A stretch of 64,000 nt of DNA from Trueperaceae bacterium (GTDB lineage Bacteria > Deinococcota > Deinococci > Deinococcales > Trueperaceae): NCBI GenBank assembly GCA_965214405.1, contig OZ243956.1:1888001-1952000 (forward strand). Direction: 5' to 3'. Below, in pieces: positions 50,142 through 58,718 of this stretch. Made by a program: the position numbers and the translations under genes. The notes under the pieces are model-generated. The model was not told the origin of the DNA. It was given only the letters and a program-made list of their open reading frames with translations, and made no database searches. Each line of letters starts with the position of its first letter. The stretch's first letter is position 1.

Positions 50142-51260
50142 TTACTCATCCGGCACGTAGCGTAGAATCAGAGACTGCGTCACCACGTCGCCATTCACAG
50201 TCGTCGCTTGCACCTCCAGACGGTTTTCCCCGCGCTCCAGCCCCGATACTGTAAACATGAACCGCCCCGCCGAGAAGGGCGCGGCGGTGAACTCTCCGCC
50301 GCCGAGTCGGTAGCGCAGCTCGCGCACCTCGCTTCTCACGCTGCCGCGCACCACGGCGCTGCTCGTACTCAGCGTCGCGCCGTCTTCCGGGCTCAGTAGC
50401 TCGATAGGGCTTGCCGCCTGGACGTCGTTGAGGGGAACGCTGCTCAGCGGGTCGGTCGGTTGGGGGCTGCCGCCGGGAGGCTCCACGCTCAAATAGAGCG
50501 ACGCGAACCCGTCTGTTGACACTTGAAACACGGCGTCCCGAGAGACCTCCAAGGAGGTCAGTTGTTCGCCGCTCTGCGGGCTCCAGTCGTCGCTGGTGTG
50601 GCCCCAGGCTTGGTAGACGCGCCCAGGCGGCGGCGGCGCGGCGAGCACGAACAGCGCGTCGCCGGGGCGTGCGAGCGCTGTACCGAGGCGCTCATCAGCT
50701 TCGCTGTAGAGCGTGAGGGTGCCTACGTCGGGCGCGGCGAGAAAGCGCGTAAGGAGAGCCTGGTCGGTCTGTAGCCGCTCGAAGGCGAGCTGCGTGCGGT
50801 AGCTCTGAAAAAATCCCGCACCCGCTAAAACGAGGCACGCGGCGACGAGCCAACGTGGAATGCGAGGGCGTCTATCCTGAATAACGTTACGTGGTGCTCG
50901 ACGTGATGACGAAGCCGAGGGTGTGGGTAAACGCGTAACCCCATCCTCACCCCTGACGGCGGCGCGGTCAGAGTCTCGAGTTTCGTCCGGACCCTCACCG
51001 AGTCGCCCCGCCTGTGGAGCGGTCTCGGCTGTTTCCGCCCGCTTCGCGCTCCCGATGCGGCTCATCAACCCAGCTTTAGCGCCTTTAGGCGGCGGGACTT
51101 CGGGTAGCGCGTCCACCCAACCCAGCAACACCCGGTCAAATTGACGCACCTCTTCTTGGCACGTTTCGCACTCCCTGAGGTGCGCTTCGACCGCCGCAGC
51201 CTCGTCAGGGCCTAAAAGCCCCAGGGCGTAGTCGGGTAACAGCGCTTTAGGGTGCTTCAT
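50142..51260 (-). CDS. RskA-type anti-sigma factor with zinc-finger start and extra C-terminal Ig-like domain
   Basis: HLRECETC, TM helix, YQAWG, LSVEPPGGSPQPT, then SPEDGA...GENRLEVQA. Confidence 0.8.
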   Translation of the reverse strand: MKHPKALLPDYALGLLGPDEAAAVEAHLRECETCQEEVRQFDRVLLGWVDALPEVPPPKGAKAGLMSRIGSAKRAETAETAPQAGRLGEGPDETRDSDRAAVRGEDGVTRLPTPSASSSRRAPRNVIQDRRPRIPRWLVAACLVLAGAGFFQSYRTQLAFERLQTDQALLTRFLAAPDVGTLTLYSEADERLGTALARPGDALFVLAAPPPPGRVYQAWGHTSDDWSPQSGEQLTSLEVSRDAVFQVSTDGFASLYLSVEPPGGSPQPTDPLSSVPLNDVQAASPIELLSPEDGATLSTSSAVVRGSVRSEVRELRYRLGGGEFTAAPFSAGRFMFTVSGLERGENRLEVQATTVNGDVVTQSLILRYVPDE

Positions 51261-51789
51261 GATGCTCCATGATCTCCCGCAACTTAAGCAGCGCCCGCCT
51301 AATCTTACTCCGCACCGTGCCCAGCGGTTTCTCCTCGAGTTCGGCGATTTCCGCGTAACTGTAGCCTAAGAAGTAAGCGTGCTCGAGCAGCCCGCGCTCC
51401 TCGTCGCTCAGGCGGGCCAGGCCGCGCTCGAGCCAGAGCCGCGTCGTCACGTCCCTTTCCGCCGCCTCAAAAGGCACGCCAGGGTCGTGAACGTCCCAGG
51501 CGTCCGCCTTGACGGGGCGCGACTGGCGCTTGCGGAGCCGGGAGTACGCCTCGTTGCGAGCCAGCGTATAGATAAACGCCCGCGGCGAGCGCTCCCAGGT
51601 GTGATAGCCCGTGTCCATGTTGAAAAGTTTGTAAAAGGTCTCTTGCAAGACCTCTTCAGCCTCCTCGCGGCTACCCATGAGCTGAAAGACCAAGGTATAC
51701 ACCTTGGTGCTCAGGCGGTCGTAAAGTTCACTTAGGGCTGCTTCGTCGCCCTGAGAAGCGCGGGCGAGCAGCGCGGCTTCGGGGTCCAT
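51247..51789 (-). CDS. ECF RNA polymerase sigma factor
   Basis: GDEAALSELYD, EEVLQETF, GYSYAEIAELEEKPLGTVRS. Confidence 0.9.
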   Translation of the reverse strand: MDPEAALLARASQGDEAALSELYDRLSTKVYTLVFQLMGSREEAEEVLQETFYKLFNMDTGYHTWERSPRAFIYTLARNEAYSRLRKRQSRPVKADAWDVHDPGVPFEAAERDVTTRLWLERGLARLSDEERGLLEHAYFLGYSYAEIAELEEKPLGTVRSKIRRALLKLREIMEHHEAP

Positions 51790-52149
51790 GAGCCTCGCTT
51801 ATCGGTACACTTTATAAGTTGAGCATAGCAAGTGGCTGTTCGGTTCGTCCGCTTCGCGCTTCACGCAGACAAAAGCGCTAGGCTCAGTCGTTCAGAATAC
51901 AGGCGAACTCCTGCCAAAACCGCTTGCGACATGCGGACGGGTTGAGAGGTTCATACGGACCCAAATCAAATAGATATGGATTAACAGTGAGCAAAGCGAC
52001 CTCCAGCGTGAAATGGGTAAGATGATGTCGGGTGCTGCCTAACCTATGAAACGCAGCTTCACGATATTTGTATGCAAAACGCCGTGGACACTTTGGGTTT
52101 TATGATATTGGCTTCTGGCGGTCGTAGCAGCGGCTGGCGGCGGAACAGG

Positions 52150-52365
52150 AAGAGATTTGCCCGTAAACGACTCCGCCCGTACCATCTCACCACAGCGGGC
52201 AGCAGAAACACCCCCAGGAGCGGGAACGGCGCGCAGTCCAAGTAGCCCACCAAGGCAGTTGGCCCGAGCGCTTTAGAAAAAACCACCGACACAAGGACAA
52301 GACAGCAGAGCGTGGTCAGGATTACGCCGATGATGCCGATGTGGAGGGGGCGGTTGCTTCTCTTT
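52150..52365 (-). pseudogene. merF: Degenerate MerF-like mercury transporter remnant
   Basis: IGIIGVILTTLCC...GPTALVGYLD..PFPLLGVF resembles MerF (IIG..L..LCC...AL.GYLD); no good start; limits approximate. Confidence 0.55.
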
Positions 52366-52759
52366 TTTGATTTTTCCAGCGTTTTCACTTGAGTTTGCTG
52401 TAGCAAATTCAAGTGCGAGCGGATGCAAGTAGAGATGGACGCAACCGGTTGTGTAGCAGTGAAGTAACCTATGATAGCGCTTTTCATATCAGTACATGTT
52501 CCCCACGACCAGCCCTTGGCCCCGTTCTCCTCTGAGGGGCGTAACCCGAAGGCAATCCCAACTTAGGCCACAACGCCGCTGAAAAAGGAACGAGAACCTG
52601 TTCGGTTTATGTGTGACTACGGGCCGTCTCACGCATAAGCAAATTGGCGAGGTAGTCAGAAGCTCTGTCCGACCCACTTCCGCTGCAGTGCTCAAACCTC
52701 GCTATAGGAACTGTGTAAGCATATCCGTATAACTGTATTCGAAACTCGACTATTTTAGG

Positions 52760-52865
52760 AAATTGCAGAGATGGTTTTACCATTTCACTGCAAACTGGAT
52801 TTTACGCACCTTCAATAAAGCGTTTGTCACGCACCACCGTTGCAGGGTTGAGCTTGATCCCTACA
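52760..52865 (-). repeat. Distal transposon end with three putative TnsB boxes
   Basis: ttgcagagatgg (52763), ctgcaaactgga (52788), ttgcagggttga (52840), terminal ccctaca. Confidence 0.7.
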
Positions 52866-52872
52866 ACATTGT

Positions 52873-52915
52873 TGTAGGGGGTAAGTTCATTCCTGCAATA
52901 GTAAATTTAACTTCA
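52873..52915 (+). mobile_element. Orphan end of a second, related Tn7-like element
   Basis: tgtagggggtaagttcattcctgcaatagtaaatttaactt aligns ungapped with tgtagggaacagggtcttctttgcaattataaattcaactt at 12252. Confidence 0.7.
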
Positions 52916-52967
52916 AACCTCGGGTGCTAGGGGATAGAGACAAAGGTAAACACAAAAAAAGTGGAAA

Positions 52968-53267
52968 ATGGAGGAGTGTCTAAGCCCACCATTTTCCACT
53001 TTTCTGCCTAACTTGACCGAGCTGTTCACGCTCGTGTATGTGTTTGTCGATGATTACCTCCTGGCCGCCCAACGAGCAGGGCTTTGCGAGTTACCCAAGT
53101 CGCACAACCAAAAAGGGAGCTATAGCGAACTGATGACGATTGGGCTGGTGGGGGAGCTGTTGAAGCAACGCTACAGCGGAGACTGGTTCGAGTTCGTTAA
53201 GAGCGAGTACCGCGCTTTGTTTCCCGAGTTGCCCGCGACCTTCCCGACGTGCCCAACGTGGAACTGA
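52968..53267 (+). pseudogene. IS982-family transposase N-terminal fragment
   Basis: LFTLVYVFVDDYL...QKGSYSELMTI...LFPELP then truncated. Confidence 0.65.
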
Positions 53268-53431
53268 CCGGTCTCATCTACGCCTCGGTTCATGGGCTCA
53301 TCGACCTTCAGATGGTTGGACGGATGCGTCAAGAGAAGGGGCTGGCGGACGCCCATAAAGGTGCAGAACTGCTTGTAAAACTTTTGCAGCCCATACGGGG
53401 CTCTGCTGAACCGATGAACAGAGTTCAGTAA
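53249..53431 (+). pseudogene. TetR-family C-terminal fragment
   Basis: LIYASVHGLIDL motif; no HTH. Confidence 0.4.
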
Positions 53432-53624
53432 GGCTTTGTGTACATACAAGCTCATGATCTCCGCCTTTTCCCAGGCCGCTTCCTGGACGTTACAGGAGAC
53501 CGCTACCCCAACCACAGGCAAGCATCCCAATATTTTGAGGCGCTGTATGAATACTGGTGTGCGATGTTGTGCGTGATTCCGGACCTTCTCACGCATAAGA
53601 GAGTAGTGTTCTTCTAGCTCCAAC

Positions 53625-53667
53625 TAATTGAGCAACGGTATCCAGAGCGGGTACTGTTGCTCAATTA
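53625..53667. other. 19-bp stem hairpin
   Basis: taattgagcaacggtatcc-agagc-gggtactgttgctcaatta, two G-U pairs on + strand. Confidence 0.55.
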
Positions 53668-53732
53668 ACTGGCTAGTCTGGCAAAGCGCGACACATAAAC
53701 TTCAGAGATTTTGGACAGAACCCCGAAAGGCT

Positions 53733-53945
53733 TTAAGGCCGACGGATAGTCAAACCTACCGCATAACGCGTGGGTAAACTTAGTGTGACTTCGGGGCGGC
53801 TCGAGGAGCCGAGGCTCGAGCCCGCAAACTTGACCACGCTTCCCGGCCCCGCGCCCGTGGCGTCCGTCTGATTAACGACCCACACGTTGCCGGTCGCGTC
53901 AAAAGCCAGACCGTCGGGGTCGTACACGCCTTGGCTGAGCGTTAC
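53733..53945 (-). pseudogene. C-terminal fragment of NHL-repeat protein
   Basis: DPDGLAFDATGNVWVVN; no N-terminus. Confidence 0.5.
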
Positions 53946-54421
53946 ATCCACCAAACCATCCGCTGCAACGGCGAACGCGCCTCGGCGAGGTTGACGAGCG
54001 GCGCATCATAACTTTTGTTGACGCCCACGAACCAGCCGTCCGCCTGGTGCTGGTCGATGATGGTTTGCCCCCGCACGGGCCTACCGTCCACATAGTAGAT
54101 GTTGTTCGGCCCGATTTCGCCGATGGCTAAGTAAACCACGGCGCGACCTATCGTCTGGATGGTGCGTACCTGGGTAGGCGACAGCGCGCCCGGCTGGATG
54201 ATCGCCAGGTCGCGGCGCGCGAGTTCGTCTACGGTCGCCTGGTCGGGGTTGAACGCGTAATAGGTGGCGTAGGTACGGACGTCGCTTAGGAGCGAAGACC
54301 GCGCGGCGTTGGGTGTGAGCGGCGCGTTTGCTCCCTGCGGCGCCGGGGTCGTTTGACAAGCGGCAAGCAGAATAAGGGTGGTTAGGGCGGCCATAAGGCG
54401 TCCGAAACGGTGAGTCGGCAT
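53942..54421 (-). pseudogene. Truncated GH114-like (endo-alpha-1,4-polygalactosaminidase) lipoprotein
   Basis: Lipobox LAAC; YATYY...DLAIIQP...VVYLAIGE; ends at 159 aa, too short for a TIM barrel. Confidence 0.55.
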
Positions 54422-54557
54422 GGGTTGTCCTCCTACGTCGCCGCTCGAGCCAACAGCTCAGCAACTCGGTTTACGGCTTATAGGCGAGGTTAGGCTTCTC
54501 GCTCCCGTTTGTAAAGCCAGCCTTGAGCGAGCCGTCCGAACTCGAGCAAACCCAAGC

Positions 54558-55391
54558 CTACGCCGCTCGCCCCGCGCTCCCGAGCAGCCGGATGAGTTCG
54601 CGCGCCCGCTCCCTAAAAGCGTCTCTCGCCCCGCCCAGATAGACGCGCGGGTCGTGAAGCGTCTCATCCTTTAGACTTTCGCGCACGCTTTGGGTAAAAA
54701 CCGCCATCAGCTCGGTGGCGACGTTGACTTTGGCGACCCCGCGCGCCACCGCCCCGGCGAGGTCGGCCTCGGTCACGCCGGACGAGCCGTGTAAGACGAG
54801 CGGATGAGGAACGAGTTGGGCGACGGCCTCGAGCCTTACCAAGTCCAAACTTGCGGACTTGCGCGTCATCTTGTGCTTGCTGCCGATGTCGATAGCCACC
54901 GCGTCACAGCCCGACGCCTCGGCCAGGTCACGAACCATTTCCGGCGTCAACGTTTCCCCCTCACGCCCCTCCTTACTGACGATCTCGAACTCGCCCTCGA
55001 CCACCACGCCGCGTTCATGGGCGGCGTCGCTCAGTATCTTGAGTTGGCGCGCGTTCTCCTCCGGGCCGAGATCGGCCCCCTCCACCATCACCGAGTCAAA
55101 GCCGAGATGAAGGGCGCGTAGCGCGCTCCCCAAGGTTTCGGCGTGATCAAAGTGCAAGATGACGGGCACGCTCGCCGCCTCCTTGAGCGTCTTGCCAATG
55201 GCGAAGAGGCTGGTCAAACCACCGTAGCGCGCGGCATTCTCCGAAATTTGTAAGATGACGGGAGCGCGTTCCTCTTCCGCCGCCCCTACGATGGCCTGAG
55301 CGGTTTCTAAGTTCACAGCGTTAAACGCGGCTAGCGCGTAACGCCCTGCGCGCGCCGCACGGAGCAAGGAGCCGGGGTGAGAGGGGTTCAT
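54558..55391 (-). CDS. Class II tagatose/fructose-bisphosphate aldolase
   Basis: AFNAVNLE, ILHFDH, EGE, LVLHGSSG, KVNVATE, DPR. Confidence 0.88.
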   Translation of the reverse strand: MNPSHPGSLLRAARAGRYALAAFNAVNLETAQAIVGAAEEERAPVILQISENAARYGGLTSLFAIGKTLKEAASVPVILHFDHAETLGSALRALHLGFDSVMVEGADLGPEENARQLKILSDAAHERGVVVEGEFEIVSKEGREGETLTPEMVRDLAEASGCDAVAIDIGSKHKMTRKSASLDLVRLEAVAQLVPHPLVLHGSSGVTEADLAGAVARGVAKVNVATELMAVFTQSVRESLKDETLHDPRVYLGGARDAFRERARELIRLLGSAGRAA

Positions 55392-55435
55392 AGGAGCTAC
55401 TTTAAGAGCAATGGGCCGCCGTTCCAAGGGCTTTT

Positions 55436-55460
55436 TGAGCGAGTTTGGCGGATTCGCTCA
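55436..55460. promoter_or_regulatory. Operator TGAGCGA-N11-TCGCTCA (copy 1)
   Basis: Between divergent aldolase and DeoR-family genes; same arms and spacing at 57499. Confidence 0.7.
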
Positions 55461-55509
55461 TGAGAGGCTGAAAAAGGGCGCATCCACGCTTTAGACTCAA
55501 CGCACGTTT

Positions 55510-56316
55510 ATGACCCCCTCAGCCCCCAACAGCCGCGAGCGTCAGCAAAGGATTCACGATTCCGTTTTGCGTAGCGGCGAACTCAGCGTCACCCACATCG
55601 CCGACCTGCTCGGCGTGTCGATCGCCACCGTCCGGCGCGACTTAGCCGCCCTGGAGCGGCGCGGTCTCATCGAGCGCAGGTGGGGCAGGGCGCGGGTGCG
55701 CTCTCCCATCGACTATCTGGACGACTTCAAGACCGTCGCCGCAAGGGAGGTCGCCGCCAAACGCGCCATCGCGGCGGCGGCGAGCGCACACGTAGAAGAA
55801 GGGATGGTCGTCGGTCTCTCGGGCGGCACCACCTGCACCGAGCTGGCGCGCTGGCTGCGCGGGAAGCCCATCACCGTCGTGACCAACGCCATCAACGTCG
55901 CTACGGAACTCTATAACCACAGCTTGACCAAGGTCATTGTCACCGGGGGCGCGCTCAACACCTACTCATATGAACTTGTCGGCGAGATGGTGGGCTACAC
56001 CTTGCAAGAGTACCGGCTCGACCTCTCTTTTGTGGGTTGCAGCGGCGTCACGCCGGACTTCGGTTTTTCGATGCGCGATAGCCTGGAAAGCGCCGTCGCG
56101 CGCGCTTTTCTGAGCGTGTCGGAGCGCGCCATCGTGATTGCCGACCCGAGCAAAGTGGGGCAGAAAACGCTCGCCAAGTTTGCGCCCTTGTCCGCGATCG
56201 ACCGCCTCATTACCGGGGAAGGGCTCAGCCCCGAGTGGCGGGGCCTCCTCGAGGGAGCGGGCCTCACCGTCGAGCTCGCCCTCAGCTTAGGCCCCGCGGA
56301 AGATGTTCAAAGCTGA
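55510..56316 (+). CDS. DeoR/GlpR-family regulator
   Basis: LGVSIATVRRDL HTH, GGTT, VVTNAIN, ADPSKVG. Confidence 0.9.
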   Translation: MTPSAPNSRERQQRIHDSVLRSGELSVTHIADLLGVSIATVRRDLAALERRGLIERRWGRARVRSPIDYLDDFKTVAAREVAAKRAIAAAASAHVEEGMVVGLSGGTTCTELARWLRGKPITVVTNAINVATELYNHSLTKVIVTGGALNTYSYELVGEMVGYTLQEYRLDLSFVGCSGVTPDFGFSMRDSLESAVARAFLSVSERAIVIADPSKVGQKTLAKFAPLSAIDRLITGEGLSPEWRGLLEGAGLTVELALSLGPAEDVQS

Positions 56317-56317
56317 C

Positions 56318-57196
56318 ATGGCCTTTATCACCCTCACACCCAACTTGGCGCTCGACCGCACGCTTACGCTCTCCCACCCCCTCACCCCCGAAGCCCTCCA
56401 CCGCGTCAGAAAAGTGCGCGAGGCCGCGGGCGGCAAAGGCGTCAACGTGGCGCGGGTGCTTGAAGTCTTGGGTGCAGACGTCACGGTAGCAGGCTTTTTG
56501 GGCGGCTTTAACGGGCAAAAGTTTCGTCACTTGCTAGGGCAAGAAGGCTTAACCGGCCTTTTCGAAACGGTCGGGGGCGAAACGCGCGAGTGTCATATTC
56601 TTTTAGACGCGCACGCTCACCCGACTGAGGTGTATGAGAAGGGTCCAGTCGTCACGCCAGAAGACTGGCGCAACTTAGTCGAGCGCTTTCCTGTAGGTCA
56701 GGTCATCGTTTCCGGCAGCCTCCCCCCAGGGATTTCGCCCGCAGACTTTAGAGAGCTTTTGCAGGAGTTGCAGCAACCTGTGGTGGACTCGAGCGGCGAC
56801 GCGCTCCGGGCCGCGCTGGACGCAGGTGTCGCGCTCGTCAAACCCAACCGCGCCGAACTCGAGAGCCTTGTTCCCGTGACCGGCAACGGCGTGAGCGAAG
56901 CCCAAACGCTCTATGAACGGTGCGGCGTGCCGATTCTCCTGACTTTGGGCGCGGACGGGGCCGCTTACGTCGGTGAAGAGGTGCAGGTTTGCCCCGCGCC
57001 ACAAGTCGAGGTGGTCAATCCCGTCGCCTCGGGTGACAGCTTGCTGGCCGCGTTTTTGTGGGCGCGCGCCGAGGGCTGGAGTGTGAAGCGGGCGCTTAAG
57101 CTCGGCGTGGCTGCCGGGGCGGAAAACGCGGCCTGCGGCGGCGGGGCGAGGCTGTCAAGGGAGGGGGTAATGCGGCGGCTCGAGAATGTAGGATGA
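56318..57196 (+). CDS. 1-phosphofructokinase/tagatose-6-phosphate kinase family
   Basis: TPNLALDR, GGKGVNVA, SGSLPPG, VKPNRAE, NPVASGDS. Confidence 0.88.
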   Translation: MAFITLTPNLALDRTLTLSHPLTPEALHRVRKVREAAGGKGVNVARVLEVLGADVTVAGFLGGFNGQKFRHLLGQEGLTGLFETVGGETRECHILLDAHAHPTEVYEKGPVVTPEDWRNLVERFPVGQVIVSGSLPPGISPADFRELLQELQQPVVDSSGDALRAALDAGVALVKPNRAELESLVPVTGNGVSEAQTLYERCGVPILLTLGADGAAYVGEEVQVCPAPQVEVVNPVASGDSLLAAFLWARAEGWSVKRALKLGVAAGAENAACGGGARLSREGVMRRLENVG

Positions 57197-57221
57197 GACT
57201 GGGCTCGAGCCCTTACAAAAG

Positions 57222-57406
57222 CCCCCTTAAAGAGGGTCCGAACGAAGTGAGAGCGGTAAAGGGTCGGGGGGATTTCCTCAATTGACTCTGCGGCAAACTT
57301 AAAGAGGCAAATCCCCCCAACCCCCCTTGTTAAGGGGGGCTTTTTAGTGAACGCCCTCGAGCGCCTTTAGCTTCCCCCCTTAACAAGGGGAACCGAGGGA
57401 GGATCT
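57222..57406. repeat. Cluster of CCCCCTT-N-AAGGGG palindromic extragenic repeats
   Basis: aatccccccaaccccccttgttaagggggg (57310-57339) and inverted ccccccttaacaagggg...ggatct (57374-57406), plus a degenerate copy near 57222. Confidence 0.65.
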
Positions 57407-57498
57407 GCCCTTGGGCTAGAAGACACCCAACACCCCCATTACCCTTATCGCCTCACGCAAGAACTCCAACCCACGCCTAACGGAAAAGCTAGCCGACT

Positions 57499-57523
57499 TG
57501 AGCGATTCAATGAAATTCGCTCA
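57499..57523. promoter_or_regulatory. Operator TGAGCGA-N11-TCGCTCA (copy 2)
   Basis: Upstream of amidohydrolase-SIS-ABC operon. Confidence 0.7.
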
Positions 57524-57629
57524 AAAGTGCCCTTGCCTTGTTCCACCATCCCGCTTAGGATGGTGAGAGCGAAACAAACAGTCTTTGTGAGTAAGGACGC
57601 CTCGAGCACGAAAGGATGACCTGGGGTTT

Positions 57630-58718
57630 GTGACCATACTGTCTTCGAACGTATCATCTTCAAAACGAGACCTTTATTTGAGCGAGTTCAAGCCGAAAAC
57701 GAAGCTCGTGGTCAAAGAGACGCGTATTGAGCGCCCACGCTTTCCCGTGGTCGACGCGCACATCCACCTGGGGCCGCCCTTCGGGGGGAGTTGGGCGGAG
57801 CAACCGGTGGAGACGTTACTGGACGCAATGGACGCCGCGCACGTGACCTCCGTCGTGGATTTGGATGGCGGGTGGGGCGAGAACGTTCTGGACGAGCACT
57901 TAAAGCACTTCAAGGAGAGAGCCCCCGAGCGCTTTGTGCATTTCGGCGGGGTGGATTGGTCGGGGTGGCCGGAGCACGGCGACGCCTTTGGCGAGTGGGC
58001 GGCGGAGCGTTTTCGGCAGCAGGTCGCACGCGGCGCGGGCGGGCTCAAAATCTGGAAACCGTTCGGGCTGCACGTGACTGACCAGCGCGGTGCGTTGGTG
58101 GCGGTGGACGACGAACGGCTTACACCCCTTTGGGAGACGGTGGGCGAGCTGAACGTCCCCGTCATCATCCACGTCGCCGACCCCGCCGCCTTTTTCGACC
58201 CGCTGGACGAGACGAACGAACGCTGGGAGGAACTGCACAATCATCCCGACTGGCAGTTCACAAGCCCACCCTTTCCGAGCTTTATGACGATTATGGAGGA
58301 TTTCGCCAACCTCGTGAGGCGTCACCCGAACACGACCTTTATCGGCGCGCACGTGGGCTGTTACGCGGAAAACCTCGGCTGGGTCGGTAATCTTTTGAAC
58401 GAATGCTCGAACTTTTATGTGGATATTAGCGCGCGCCTGGGCGAACTCGGGCGGCAGCCTTACACGGCGCGCAAATTTTTCGTAAAGCACGCCGACCGGA
58501 TTTTGTTTGGAACGGACGCGGACGCACAGCTCGAGACTTACAGGCTCTACTACCGCTTTTTAGAAACCGACGACGAATATTTTAGTTACAACACCTACGA
58601 CCCGCCGGGGCAAGGGCGCTGGTACGTTTGCGGCCTCCATTTACCGGATGAGGTTGTGAAAAAGGTTTATCACCAAAATGCCGAGCGCCTGATTTTGCGC
58701 GCCGGGGGGGAATCATAA
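57630..58718 (+). CDS. Amidohydrolase-2 family protein
   Basis: VDAHIH, GLKIWK, IIHVADP, GAHVG, ILFGTD. Confidence 0.85.
   Translation: MTILSSNVSSSKRDLYLSEFKPKTKLVVKETRIERPRFPVVDAHIHLGPPFGGSWAEQPVETLLDAMDAAHVTSVVDLDGGWGENVLDEHLKHFKERAPERFVHFGGVDWSGWPEHGDAFGEWAAERFRQQVARGAGGLKIWKPFGLHVTDQRGALVAVDDERLTPLWETVGELNVPVIIHVADPAAFFDPLDETNERWEELHNHPDWQFTSPPFPSFMTIMEDFANLVRRHPNTTFIGAHVGCYAENLGWVGNLLNECSNFYVDISARLGELGRQPYTARKFFVKHADRILFGTDADAQLETYRLYYRFLETDDEYFSYNTYDPPGQGRWYVCGLHLPDEVVKKVYHQNAERLILRAGGES

Larger units (their letters stand above)
12252..52865 (+). mobile_element. Tn7-like transposon (~40.6 kb): tnsABC, two tniQ genes, defence and surface-protein cargo
   Basis: Imperfect terminal inverted repeats tgtagggaacagggtcttctttgcaa (from 12252) and ttgcagggttgagcttgatccctaca (52840-52865); repeated TGCAA boxes at both ends; tnsABC-tniQ next to first end; no 5-bp TSD found. 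Confidence 0.8.

Noticed and set aside
48635..51990. ATATC(C/T)-N14-CGT motifs upstream of cargo ECF-module genes (- strand)
   Set aside because: Short, degenerate and with short spacing for an ECF promoter; too weak to call
52030..52570. Integron attC site (gcctaac ... ttaggc)
   Set aside because: Core-like motifs are ~500 bp apart with no stem and no integrase
12252..52865. CRISPR-associated transposon (CAST)
   Set aside because: No cas6/7/8/12k-like ORF and no repeat-spacer array seen; a lone atypical guide cannot be excluded by eye
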